This document shows positions 53,671 through 62,947 of a stretch of DNA of 64,000 nucleotides, piece by piece; the stretch's first letter is position 1; each line of letters begins with the position of its first letter. The notes under the pieces were generated by a model. The model was given only the letters and a program-made list of their open reading frames with translations, did not search any database and was not told the origin of the DNA. The stretch comes from a virus: IMG/VR virus record IMGVR_UViG_3300020170_000001, positions 60,653-124,652 of that record; one strand, 5' to 3'. The position numbers and the translations under genes are program-made.

Positions 53671-55305
53671 ATGCCGCGCCAGCGTAAGCCCAAGGTCATG
53701 ATCGATCTTCCGTCGCCCGCGCCGCACCCCCACCCAGACGGTTGCAGCTGTGTCCTGACTCAGCCCTACATCCGAGTCTCCAGGGTCGGCGATCGAAAAT
53801 TCTTGATCTCGCCCGAGATTCAGATGCGCGCGATGGACGAGTGGGCAGTCAGGAACAACAGACGGCTTTTGCCCCCAGTGTGCGACATTAACAAGAGCGG
53901 AAGAACGTTCCGCAAGCGCTCTGTCGATAAGATCATCGCCGCCATCAAAGATGGCCACTATCGTCACGTCGTCCTGTGGAAGTGGTCGCGCTGGGCGCGG
54001 AACCAGGCTGAGTCGGCCGTCTATTCGTCGTACGTACACAGCGCGGGTGGGCGGGTCGACTCTGCCACAGAAGACTTTGACTTGGACACAGCTATTGGAC
54101 GTCTCGGTCAGGGCATGACAGGTGTTATTGATCAATATCAGAGCGAGCTGATCTCGGAAAGTTGGAGCAGCGTTCACGCTTTAAGGCGAGAGGATGGACT
54201 TCCGCACGGCGGACGGGAAAGATTTGGTTACGCCTATGGCGAGACTGTAGTCAACGAAGAGCGCCGGAAGCGCTATACCAAAAATGACGAGGCTCCCATC
54301 CTCATCAAGGCGTACTGTGATTGGCTCGACGGAAAGTCGTTCATCAAGATTGCTCAAGAGCTAAATGCAGCGACATTCGTGACAATGCTCGGAGGACGCT
54401 GGACTCCGCAAGGTGTCGCTCGAATGATGGACACTGGTTTCGCCGCCGGCCTGATCCGTGAGCGGTCGGAGGGAATGAAAGAGAAAATAAGGGGCAAGCA
54501 AGTCGGCGCTAACTCGATCCTGTCGTACGACATCTGGCGTACAGGCAGCCATGAGGCAGTCATCGAAGCAAGCATCTGGGACACATACAAAGCAAGGCGA
54601 GTCGCTGCAAGTGGCCTACCGCCCAGGTCAAAAGCCCCGGTCCACGCTCTCTCAGCAATCATGTTCTGTACTGAGTGTCGTCGACGCTTGACTACGAAGT
54701 ACGCAGGCGCGGGACGAACGCACCAATGGCAATGCCCTTGGCAGAAGAGCTTCCATCCAGGGGTTGCCGTAACGGTCAACAACCGCCTCGCACTTGTTGC
54801 GGTTCGTGAGTGGGTACGGGCCGAGATCGGCGACGAGTTGCCCGTTGCGAAAGCGACCAATACTGCGCGTGAAGAACAAGCAAAGCGCCTCGCTGACGCC
54901 CAGACTCATCGTCGGGCGCTCAGTAACCGGATTGGCGAGCTAGAAGGGATGATCAATAATCTGACGATTCAGATTGCGACTAGCTCGCCAAGTGTCGCGG
55001 CGCGGTTCATCAGTTCAATCGAGGTGTGGGATTCGGAAATCGATCAGCTGCGCGCGGAACTCGCGCGCAGTGCTCCGAGGCCAAGGGCGCAAAAGGATCA
55101 AGAAGCCCTTCGAGCGCTCGATGCGGTATGGGGCGAACTGCCGCCTAGCGTTCTACACGAAGCACTTGCCAAAGTGATCTCGCGGGTTGAGGTATCGCCT
55201 CGGTCGGAAATTTCGACCCGCGCATCTGCAGCCGATCGAGTTTCCGCGATCGGCGTCTGGGAGGACCCGAGCACCGATGAGTGGCTGGCTTCAAGACCAG
55301 CGTAA
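53671..55305 (+). CDS. Large serine recombinase (integrase)
   Basis: YIRVS catalytic motif, SRWARN, recombinase domain, Zn ribbon CTEC and coiled coil. Confidence 0.92.
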   Translation: MPRQRKPKVMIDLPSPAPHPHPDGCSCVLTQPYIRVSRVGDRKFLISPEIQMRAMDEWAVRNNRRLLPPVCDINKSGRTFRKRSVDKIIAAIKDGHYRHVVLWKWSRWARNQAESAVYSSYVHSAGGRVDSATEDFDLDTAIGRLGQGMTGVIDQYQSELISESWSSVHALRREDGLPHGGRERFGYAYGETVVNEERRKRYTKNDEAPILIKAYCDWLDGKSFIKIAQELNAATFVTMLGGRWTPQGVARMMDTGFAAGLIRERSEGMKEKIRGKQVGANSILSYDIWRTGSHEAVIEASIWDTYKARRVAASGLPPRSKAPVHALSAIMFCTECRRRLTTKYAGAGRTHQWQCPWQKSFHPGVAVTVNNRLALVAVREWVRAEIGDELPVAKATNTAREEQAKRLADAQTHRRALSNRIGELEGMINNLTIQIATSSPSVAARFISSIEVWDSEIDQLRAELARSAPRPRAQKDQEALRALDAVWGELPPSVLHEALAKVISRVEVSPRSEISTRASAADRVSAIGVWEDPSTDEWLASRPA

Positions 55306-55436
55306 TAGTGACCAATCACTGACATGAACGCTGCGATTGCCTGGTCTTTAGAGACAACTGTCACGTCCTCCTTGCGTGTTCGAGGGGCCGTGGATGCGGT
55401 CTGCTTCAACCCCGAAAGAGTGAAGATCCCCTGACC

Positions 55437-55643
55437 GTGAAGCTTGATCGCTACACTGCGGCCATGACTCGTACTCAGGGGTACCCTCACAGCAGGCTGC
55501 TCACGTTCATGTACCTCCTCAGCGTGCTGCTTGTCCTCGCCGATTGCGCGTCGTTCGTGCGGACCGGAACGGTCACGCAGGCGGAGACCGCCTTGACGAT
55601 CCTGGCCTCGCTGGGCCTGATTTTCTACGGCTCGAAGCTCTAG
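55437..55643 (+). CDS. Small membrane protein
   Basis: Two hydrophobic segments. Confidence 0.5.
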   Translation: MKLDRYTAAMTRTQGYPHSRLLTFMYLLSVLLVLADCASFVRTGTVTQAETALTILASLGLIFYGSKL

Positions 55644-55684
55644 ATCTGGGCATCCTGGCCAGCCGATCGATCGTTACGCCAGGC

Positions 55685-55879
55685 ATGGCGCTGGAAAACA
55701 TCACGGACGAAACGCGAGAGCTTGTCGCGAAGGAGCTTCACGAATGGATCAAGGAAGCTGAGGTCGATCTCGCTAAAGCTAGCGAGTGGCTTCAGCGGGT
55801 CGCCCCGAACGGCGATTCGAGCAAGATCTCCGCTTGGGTCTCGATGGTCACCTTCTTGAAATGCGGCGGGAGACGTTGA
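55685..55879 (+). CDS. Hypothetical protein
   Basis: MALENITDE, 64 aa. Confidence 0.55.
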   Translation: MALENITDETRELVAKELHEWIKEAEVDLAKASEWLQRVAPNGDSSKISAWVSMVTFLKCGGRR

Positions 55880-55936
55880 TCGAGGTCTGGGAGATGGCCG
55901 CCGACAAAGCCTGGCCTGCTTCCGAGTGACATTCAC

Positions 55937-56167
55937 ATGTCGAGGGGTCACCGGAGAAAGCAGCAGAAGTCAGATCCTGGTCTGACGTTTCATCCCGAGT
56001 CGATGCTTTGCCGCAAGGTCAGATATCCGACTGAGATCGAAGCGAAGATCCGGTTGGCGTTGGTCGCCGGCCGCGACGGCGACAAGGTCGAACAGCGGTG
56101 CTACCCGTGCAACAAGTGCCGGGGCTGGCACCTGACTGGCAGCGCGAGGCGGCCCACGATTGAGTGA
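55937..56167 (+). CDS. Small Zn-binding protein
   Basis: CRKVRY...YPCNKCRGWHLT. Confidence 0.7.
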   Translation: MSRGHRRKQQKSDPGLTFHPESMLCRKVRYPTEIEAKIRLALVAGRDGDKVEQRCYPCNKCRGWHLTGSARRPTIE

Positions 56168-56199
56168 TAGTCGCCTGTCACGCCACTATTACCGTCAGG

Positions 56200-56469
56200 A
56201 TGGGTGGCGTGACTTCTTTACCTCAACGCAGCAAGCCGTCCGCCGAGACCATCGCGGCGGTGAAGGGCGAGATCCGGGTCGCGAACGAGTTGCTTGCTAG
56301 CTTGATCGTCAGCATGAACGCGATACGCCCCGAGGGGCCGCGCCCAAGCGAGGAAGTGCTGATCTCATCGCTGTCTGCCGCGTTACTTGTGTCCGCGGAC
56401 CAGGTGCATGTTCCTTTGCTGGCGGCGGTCGCGATCTACCGCCTGAGTGGCCTTGAGCAGCCCCGATGA
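56200..56469 (+). CDS. Hypothetical protein
   Basis: Helical; ends LAAVAIYRL. Confidence 0.55.
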   Translation: MGGVTSLPQRSKPSAETIAAVKGEIRVANELLASLIVSMNAIRPEGPRPSEEVLISSLSAALLVSADQVHVPLLAAVAIYRLSGLEQPR

Positions 56470-56717
56470 TTCCCGAGCCGGCCGCGCGGACACGAGCACG
56501 GGCGGTGATTGATCAAGACGTCGCGCGAGCGAACGGGATGATCGACAACGCCATCAAGATCCTGCAGCAGATAATGATCGAAACACCAAACCTGCCGATC
56601 GAGACCCAGATCGCGGGTCTTGTCCTTTCGCTGCGGCGAAGCTTGAAGGCTGACGACATGAGCATCCTCGCCGCTGTCATGGTGCGTCGGCTGGCCCACT
56701 TGAAGGATTCGCAGTGA
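56466..56717 (+). CDS. Hypothetical protein
   Basis: ATGA overlap; ends LAAVMVRRL. Confidence 0.6.
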   Translation: MIPEPAARTRARAVIDQDVARANGMIDNAIKILQQIMIETPNLPIETQIAGLVLSLRRSLKADDMSILAAVMVRRLAHLKDSQ

Positions 56718-57088
56718 CGTGTGAACGTGTCGTCGAGGGCTGCGCTGACTGCCTGGCCGAGGCGGAGTACCGAGGTCCTCACGAGTGCAACCTGCTATGT
56801 TCGCTGTTCGGCGAGGGGAAACATCGGTCCGAGGAAGTCCACCTCGCGACACATGAGCCGCAGCGGTGCTTGGCCTGCCGTGCCATGCTCGACGACTACC
56901 GCAGCATCAAGACCTACCGTGTGCGGTTGTGCCGGTCGAGGGTCTGCCAGCAGTGGTACTGCCCGGAGTGCGAAACGACGGCCGCTACAGCCGGCCCGAT
57001 TGATTGCCCAACCTGCGGATGGTTCGTCAGGCCGGGCCGCCTCCGGTTGATGCACTCGCGCTACCGGCGAAAGAAGGCTACGTGGTGA
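56714..57088 (+). CDS. Cys-rich multi-Zn-finger protein
   Basis: Several CxxC pairs. Confidence 0.6.
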   Translation: MTCERVVEGCADCLAEAEYRGPHECNLLCSLFGEGKHRSEEVHLATHEPQRCLACRAMLDDYRSIKTYRVRLCRSRVCQQWYCPECETTAATAGPIDCPTCGWFVRPGRLRLMHSRYRRKKATW

Positions 57089-57318
57089 ACGCGCTGGAAC
57101 TTCCCTCTCGCGATGATCTGGTCGAGATCGTGGCAACCTGGATTCGCGCCGAGGAGGCGCGCCTGCGTCAACTGGACTCGGAACTGGAGACGCTGCTCGA
57201 AGCGGACCAGAGCCACATGCCGACCATGATCACCGTCGCGAAATGTCGGTCTCGGCTGCGGGCCATGATCCGGGTTTGGGAATTCGCGACCCGGGAGATC
57301 TGGAGGTCGTCGAGGTGA
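57085..57318 (+). CDS. Hypothetical coiled-coil protein
   Basis: GTGA overlaps on both sides. Confidence 0.55.
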   Translation: MNALELPSRDDLVEIVATWIRAEEARLRQLDSELETLLEADQSHMPTMITVAKCRSRLRAMIRVWEFATREIWRSSR

Positions 57319-57590
57319 GCCACCGTAACCTGATGTCGGGGGTCTACCGGCATTACAAGAACCACCTGTACCTGGTCCTGGGCTACGCGGGCGACGCCAG
57401 CATCGACGGCAGGGTCGTGGTGGTCTACGTCGGGCTGGACCTGGACGGGGCGAAGTCGTCATTCCGGATGCGGGTGCGCGAGGAGGAAGACTTCTTCGCC
57501 GTTGTCGATCCGGCGACCGGTTTGGGCGTCGAACCGGGCCAGGAAGGTGTTCCCCGGTTCGTGTACCTCGGGCCGGCGGTCAATCTTTGA
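57315..57590 (+). CDS. DUF1653-like protein
   Basis: GVYRHYKNHLYLVLGYA...VVVY...VR..F. Confidence 0.75.
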   Translation: MSHRNLMSGVYRHYKNHLYLVLGYAGDASIDGRVVVVYVGLDLDGAKSSFRMRVREEEDFFAVVDPATGLGVEPGQEGVPRFVYLGPAVNL

Positions 57591-57651
57591 TCCCGCGTCT
57601 CGCAAAGCGGGATGGCGTGCAAGTTGCATTGCGATACGTCCGAACCGAGTG

Positions 57652-57837
57652 ATGTGCAACTTGCAGAAACCGCTGAGGATAAGGATCTGCTGGCCCAACC
57701 CGGGCGAAGTGTGCCTGGAGGGTGGGTGTTGTCATTGCCAGGACCACCCAACTCGGTCTGTGGCGCTGATCTGGGCGTATGCGCGCAAGGTCGGCATGCT
57801 TAAGGCCTTGGCCCGCCGGGAGAACTGGCAGGGATGA
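57652..57837 (+). CDS. Small Cys-rich protein
   Basis: CLEGGCCHC; start uncertain. Confidence 0.4.
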   Translation: MCNLQKPLRIRICWPNPGEVCLEGGCCHCQDHPTRSVALIWAYARKVGMLKALARRENWQG

Positions 57838-57929
57838 TCTAGTGGTTCGGCCTTGTCCAGCGCGAAGGAGAAATCTCCTTGGCTTTCACTCATGTTGGGC
57901 AGTAGACAGAGCGTCGATGATCTAGCTAA

Positions 57930-58511
57930 TGTCGTAGGCAAGCAGTAAGAAGCGAGACCGTTCGAAGCATCTCCACCCGAGGTCCACGGAACGCCTTTTG
58001 CCTCGCTCGGCATTCCTCCGTGGCTTTCGCTCGCGTTGAGCAGCATTCGATCGAATCGTTCGCTGGGGACACGAATTGCCGGTCGAGGTTCCCCGGTTAC
58101 TGTCAGGTCGGTGAGAGCAGGTTCGCCCGTCCTCCGCCAGGGACGGCTGCTCTCATCGGCTGGCCAAAGGCGTTGTTCGGTGGGCTGTGCCTGGTCCGCC
58201 ACTCGCCTTGTCCCCGGAGGCTGGGTGGCCGCCGAAGGACGAGGCAACAGCCGGGCAGGGGATGCAGACCTCACCCGGCTGGCAACACCGCACTGGCGAC
58301 GGGCGGCACTGGCATCGGCCGCTGAAGGTCGCCTCCGCGAGTGGGGTAATCCGGTCAGGTCAAACCGCTACCTCCCGACCGCGATAGGCCCACACCGCCG
58401 AACGATGACGCACGGAAGGGACGGGTGGTCAGATGGGTGGGGACTAGGTGACGACCCTGCGCATGACGAGATCGGTTGGAAGCCGGGCTGGTGAGGTTCA
58501 GCCCGGCTTTC
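57930..58511 (+). ncRNA. Candidate large structured ncRNA
   Basis: Gene-free interval with many nested helices; G-U pairs favour the + strand; ends in a terminator-like hairpin. Confidence 0.55.
58479..58511 (+). terminator. Rho-independent terminator
   Basis: AAGCCGGGCTG-GTGAGGTT-CAGCCCGGCTT followed by T. Confidence 0.65.
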
Positions 58512-58600
58512 GTCTGTAGTGGATCCAGGCGGGTAGCCTCGGAATCCTCCTGCTGGGTGAAGGCCAGGGGCGATCCTCCTGGCCTTCCGCAGTCCCGGGG

Positions 58601-58786
58601 TCAGGGTCGCGGGATCTGCTCGAAGTCGACGCGCACGTTCGCGCTGGCGACGGCGAGGGCTTGATTGAGCGATGTGCAGGTGCGGGCGGTCGGGACGAGC
58701 CCGCGGAACCGCAGGCGAGGCACCACGGCCAGCGTCTTGCCCTTCTCGTCGACGAGCTTGACCTGGAAGCGATACCAACGAGGCAT
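58601..58786 (-). CDS. Hypothetical protein
   Basis: TAATG overlap with the upstream gene. Confidence 0.5.
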   Translation of the reverse strand: MPRWYRFQVKLVDEKGKTLAVVPRLRFRGLVPTARTCTSLNQALAVASANVRVDFEQIPRP

Positions 58787-59217
58787 TACTTACCCTTCTT
58801 CCTTTTCCGCCGTTTGGCCGGGCGAGGCGGGGTTGATTCGAGAGCCGCGCGTATCGCGGCGACATCCCCGCGGCGGCCGTGGACGTGGACCGACTCAACG
58901 TCGCAGCCGGGCTCCCAGCGAGGACCGACCAGGTGCCAGCGACAACCCGGCCGGGCGTCGGAGAGGGTGACCGGTTGCCGGCAACGGCACACAGCGCCGG
59001 CAAGAAGGCGCTGAGCGAGCGCGAACGCCGCATTGGCGGGCGAGGTGTGCCCGTCCACCATGATCCTGGCTCCGACGAACGTGGCGTGGGCGTACCAGTT
59101 CGCCTCGGCGACGGGCACGTCTTCGTTGAGGTGGCCGATTTTGAATTCGGACGATCCGCTGCGGCCAACAAGATCGGCACAGGCCTTGACGATATCGTCG
59201 TTCTCGTACTGAATCAC
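58786..59217 (-). CDS. Hypothetical protein
   Basis: 143 aa, basic C-terminal tail. Confidence 0.65.
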   Translation of the reverse strand: MIQYENDDIVKACADLVGRSGSSEFKIGHLNEDVPVAEANWYAHATFVGARIMVDGHTSPANAAFALAQRLLAGAVCRCRQPVTLSDARPGCRWHLVGPRWEPGCDVESVHVHGRRGDVAAIRAALESTPPRPAKRRKRKKGK

Positions 59218-59313
59218 ACTTCGCTCAACGATCCGACGAGCGTTTAGGGGCGCGGAATCGCATTCGAGTGAACCACCTGGTCAAGAACCTGATGCCTGGC
59301 CTACGGTGGATTC

Positions 59314-59544
59314 GTGGTGAGCGAGCAGAGCCGGGCGCAGCGCTGGCACGACACGGATCACGGCAGCGAGCGCGGGGTGCCTCTGCGCCGCAGCAAATTC
59401 ATTTGGCCCCGGCCGGATCGGGATGTTGTTGCGTCCTCGGCCTGCTGGTGTTGCTGCGCGCCTTGCAACCCTGACTCCGAGGGTCGTTGGAATCCGTTCT
59501 GGTCCCTGGCGCAAGCCGAGATGACCGCGCGCGTCCCTAGCTAG
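59314..59544 (+). CDS. Small Cys-containing protein
   Basis: CWCCCAPC; start uncertain. Confidence 0.4.
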   Translation: MVSEQSRAQRWHDTDHGSERGVPLRRSKFIWPRPDRDVVASSACWCCCAPCNPDSEGRWNPFWSLAQAEMTARVPS

Positions 59545-59879
59545 GCGTCCTTGCTGAGTCGGCGGGCGGCGCGTGCCATCATCATCTCCTCCTGGACCTC
59601 TGGAGGCAGTTGGCTTAGCTCGGCCTGTCCTTCGTCAACGCACTCCCAGAGATACCGGATAAAGAGCGTCCTGTCCGTACGCTGCCTCTCCCGGCGAGCG
59701 CGAAAGATGCGAATCGGCAGCAGCAGGCCGTTAAAGATGACCCCGTTCAGGACAACGACCAACGCGATTCGGGCGTTGACCTGCGCAACGAGAACCATCA
59801 AGAGGGAAACCGCGACACAGCACAGGGCGGCCTTGTCCAGCCAACTGCACTTCTTCCAGAACGTCCTCATTCGAGGCAA
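59541..59879 (-). CDS. Membrane protein
   Basis: RBS AGGAGG; two TM segments. Confidence 0.65.
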   Translation of the reverse strand: MPRMRTFWKKCSWLDKAALCCVAVSLLMVLVAQVNARIALVVVLNGVIFNGLLLPIRIFRARRERQRTDRTLFIRYLWECVDEGQAELSQLPPEVQEEMMMARAARRLSKDA

Positions 59880-59923
59880 TCGTCCTCCTTCACCTCAGGG
59901 CAGCGGGCAGTTACGGTAGGTCG

Positions 59924-60136
59924 ATGGCGGAGACGACGGACGACGTGCCGGACTGGGCGAAGATCTGGCTGGATCTCGACACTGCACAGTGGCTGCACGA
60001 GCTGGCTGATCGCGACTACGGCGGCGACATCAACGTGGCGCTGAACTCTGTGCTGCGCGCGGAGATGGCTCGTACGGCGAAGCCTCAGGACAAGTGGGCC
60101 GGGTTGGAGGTCCGCCGGAAGACCCTGCGCCGTTGA
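59924..60136 (+). CDS. Small protein, possibly ribbon-helix-helix
   Basis: Strand-helix-helix pattern KIWLDL..WLHELA..NVALNSVLR. Confidence 0.55.
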   Translation: MAETTDDVPDWAKIWLDLDTAQWLHELADRDYGGDINVALNSVLRAEMARTAKPQDKWAGLEVRRKTLRR

Positions 60137-60350
60137 AGATCGACCGGTCAATCTGCACATCCGTGCAGTACGGGATCACGCCGCTGCCCGGTCGCGCCCG
60201 GCGGTAGATCCCGGAACTGGTGGGTCGCCCGCAGAAGCAACAATAGAGATCGTCTCCGTTGACGAAGCGGGTCGGCTCACGCTCCAGCTTCCACTCTTTG
60301 AACCAGCACGGGTAGCACTGTTGGTGATTCCAGCCGTGCGTGCTCGTCAT
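60030..60350 (-). CDS. Cys-rich hypothetical protein
   Basis: CYPCW, CCFCG; 3' end overlaps a convergent gene. Confidence 0.45.
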   Translation of the reverse strand: MTSTHGWNHQQCYPCWFKEWKLEREPTRFVNGDDLYCCFCGRPTSSGIYRRARPGSGVIPYCTDVQIDRSIFNGAGSSGGPPTRPTCPEASPYEPSPRAAQSSAPR

Positions 60351-60440
60351 GTCCGCTCCCGGGCGGAACCCCGCGCGACGCGCGCGAGGGTTGAGCGAGC
60401 CGGATGACTCTCACATCGGGCGGGGTTCCGTGGATTGAGA

Positions 60441-60632
60441 TTAACGGAGGTCATCGCGATTCCGCCGCGCCGTCCCTCGATCGTGATTGCGCAGGACCTC
60501 CGTGAAGAAGATGCCGGCGAGAAGCATGTCGGCCAGCAGCAAACCGGTGCGGTCGTGCGCCCCGTCGTAATATCCCCGGGCGGCATAGCAGAAGGCGATG
60601 CTCGTGACCCACAGGTCCTGAAACCGGCTCAT
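60441..60632 (-). CDS. Small membrane protein
   Basis: MSRFQDLW, hydrophobic. Confidence 0.45.
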   Translation of the reverse strand: MSRFQDLWVTSIAFCYAARGYYDGAHDRTGLLLADMLLAGIFFTEVLRNHDRGTARRNRDDLR

Positions 60633-60699
60633 GCCGAGAACAACGAGATGGTCCGGCGTCGCGTTCCTCAGGTCACCTGGTCGAGTGACAGCGGCGATG

Positions 60700-60990
60700 T
60701 CAGCCCCGGTCGCGCTCGGGGTCGTACTGCGGCAGCGCCTCTTCGGTCGCGTACTCAGCGGAGGGGCCCATCCAGCGAAGCCAGGACGCCACGATCCAGA
60801 GGTAGAGACCTGTGCACCCCGTGGCTCCGCCGATGAACAGGTCGAACCAAACCCAGTCCTGGTTGAAGTAGGCCTCGCTAGCCCCGGCAAGCGCCATCCC
60901 GAAGGTGAAGATCAGCAGCATGCCCGCGGTGAAGAAGACGCTGCCGGGGCGATAGAGGTTGGGCGTCCGTCGTCGCTGCTGAACGCCCAT
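60700..60990 (-). CDS. Membrane protein
   Basis: Two TM segments; RBS GGGGGA. Confidence 0.65.
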   Translation of the reverse strand: MGVQQRRRTPNLYRPGSVFFTAGMLLIFTFGMALAGASEAYFNQDWVWFDLFIGGATGCTGLYLWIVASWLRWMGPSAEYATEEALPQYDPERDRG

Positions 60991-61074
60991 GTTGACTTAT
61001 CCCCCGGTCGTGCTGGCCTGGCGTGCACTAACTCTACGAGTGGCCGAACGACCGGTTACGCCCGCGGGCGCACG

Positions 61075-61428
61075 TCACACCAGACCTGGGTTCTCCCGGG
61101 CGAAGAAGGCTCCCCAGGCGTCCGAGCGGTGTAGTCGACCGCTGCCCGTAGGTAGCAGGTACTCGCCGTTCTTGGGGTACGTTCGCTCGTCCTCGACGAT
61201 CGCGCGTTCTTCGATGCTCCACACTTGCCGCCAGGTGGAACCGCAGCCGTTCTCGCAGTACCGGACGTACTCGGCCAGGCCAAGGTTCAGCAGCTCCACG
61301 GTGCGCTTGCGGCTGGCTGCACGCATCGCCCACTTGTGCTTCCACGTCCGGCACATGATCGCCTCGTCAGTCATCGCGTTCGTGCGATCATCGACGACCA
61401 CATTGAATCGACGTTTGGAGCGGGGCAC
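61075..61428 (-). CDS. Hypothetical Zn-binding protein
   Basis: CRTWKHKW...CENGC...YPKNGEY. Confidence 0.7.
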   Translation of the reverse strand: MPRSKRRFNVVVDDRTNAMTDEAIMCRTWKHKWAMRAASRKRTVELLNLGLAEYVRYCENGCGSTWRQVWSIEERAIVEDERTYPKNGEYLLPTGSGRLHRSDAWGAFFARENPGLV

Positions 61429-61432
61429 TTTC

Positions 61433-62188
61433 CTATTCCTCCTCAGTGAAGTTGAAGCCGAGCGCACCCAGCCTCGCGATCATTTTCTTCCTCCAGGCGC
61501 GGAGCTCCAGCACTTCGGCCTTGAGTTCGTCGTAACTGCCGGTGTTCCTGATTTTCAGTCGAAGGTCCACGACCTCATCCTGGAGCGACTCGTAGACATC
61601 GACCTTGTGTTTGTTGGCCCTCTCGTCCCTGACTCGCTGTTCGAGCTCGGCCCTGTAGTGGTCGCGCTGGCGCTCGGTGCGGTCGATGAGGTCGCCGAGC
61701 GCACCGATGCTCGGCACGAGGGACAGGAACTCCGCCAGCGTCATCTCCATCGGGTTGCTCGGGGCCGGCTCGTCGTCATCGCGCGGCGGCAGCACAAGCT
61801 CAGGCGGTTGCTTGTCCGCCTCAAAGGTCAGCTTTGGCGGCTTCTTGCCGTACCGCGAACCGTGCTCGGCGTTGCGGTGTTCGCACACCTCCGTACGGGT
61901 GTCGCTCGTGAACAGACAATCCCGGCAGGCCATCGCCGTGGTGCCATCGGCCAGGTGAAGCCGGCTGATCCGGAAGTACGCGCCGGGGATGTTGAACAGC
62001 AGCTCCTCCCGCGCGATGGGGATGCCGTTGTGCTGTGCCGGCCGGCTGGGGTCGTGTTGATCTGGGGCGGACTCACGCGGATCCGGCAAGGGGATCTGGC
62101 GAGGTGGGACGGCCATGGCTGCCGCTTGGGCCGGCCCGCGTCGGGGCGTCGGCTTCTGCTTTGGCGACTTCGTCGTTGCGACGGGCAT
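61433..62188 (-). CDS. Protein with C2H2-like finger and coiled coil
   Basis: CRDC...HRNAEH; C-terminal coiled coil. Confidence 0.7.
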   Translation of the reverse strand: MPVATTKSPKQKPTPRRGPAQAAAMAVPPRQIPLPDPRESAPDQHDPSRPAQHNGIPIAREELLFNIPGAYFRISRLHLADGTTAMACRDCLFTSDTRTEVCEHRNAEHGSRYGKKPPKLTFEADKQPPELVLPPRDDDEPAPSNPMEMTLAEFLSLVPSIGALGDLIDRTERQRDHYRAELEQRVRDERANKHKVDVYESLQDEVVDLRLKIRNTGSYDELKAEVLELRAWRKKMIARLGALGFNFTEEE

Positions 62189-62578
62189 CGCGCTCTCCGC
62201 TCGCGTCGGGAAATGTGGACAGTTCCATTGAGCAACGGACCACCACGCTGCTGGAAGTCGCCGCAAGCACTGTCACACGAAGGGGTGTACGTCAATCGGT
62301 GCAACGACGGACCGCCGCGACGGTTACTGCCAGATGGCGAGGGATGGACACACAGTCGACAAGGTTCACTTGCACGAGGGGGCTCTGGCGCGCTCGACCC
62401 CTATCACGCAGGTGTTCCGCCGCACAGAGGTATCAGAAGCGGTCACCGTCACAGCCGGCAGCCGCCCGTCGACGGGCGATCAGGCATCACCCGTTCGGTG
62501 AAATTGATCGGTGATACGCCGTACCCGGTTCGGAGCCGCCTACGTTAAGTCGACAATCAACAAAGGACGAGGTGTGCG

Positions 62579-62893
62579 ATGAAGAAGATCAATTTCCTCG
62601 GGATGGCTGTGCCGGTGATGACCGAAGATGACCTTGACAAGGCACGTGAATCCCAGGAACCGCACGTCTACATGGTGACCCGGATCATCGATTCCGACGT
62701 GACGGCTGGATCATCCGATCTTCGCGCCCGGCGACTGCGCACCCTCTGTGAAGGCTGCAACGAACTGTGCTGGCTTGACCCGAACGGCTACGACGAGCTG
62801 CGCGGCGTCAATCTGACCATCCTGTGCCTGCAATGCACCCTGGCGAAAGCCAGACGGGAACAGCCTCAGTTCAAACCCGACCCCGGAGCTTGA
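62579..62893 (+). CDS. Zn-binding hypothetical protein
   Basis: RBS GAGG; CEGC...CLQC. Confidence 0.7.
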   Translation: MKKINFLGMAVPVMTEDDLDKARESQEPHVYMVTRIIDSDVTAGSSDLRARRLRTLCEGCNELCWLDPNGYDELRGVNLTILCLQCTLAKARREQPQFKPDPGA

Positions 62894-62947
62894 CAACGTG
62901 CTGAGCGCCGCAGTCTCCCCCTCAGACTGCGACGCTCAAGATCATTT

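Noticed and set aside
57930-58511. Group I/II intron, RNase P or tmRNA
   Set aside because: There is no matching P7 partner for GACUA, no group II domain V, no GAGGAAAGUCC and no tRNA-like ends. It does not interrupt a gene.
60397-60430. GAGCCGGATG...GGTTC resembling group II intron domain V
   Set aside because: The domain V stem does not form, and there is no reverse transcriptase or other intron domain.
60989-62548. Long plus-strand ORF of 519 aa and similar antisense ORFs (e.g. 22888..24384, 7392..8477)
   Set aside because: These are shadow frames of real minus-strand genes in high-GC DNA and show no recognisable motifs.
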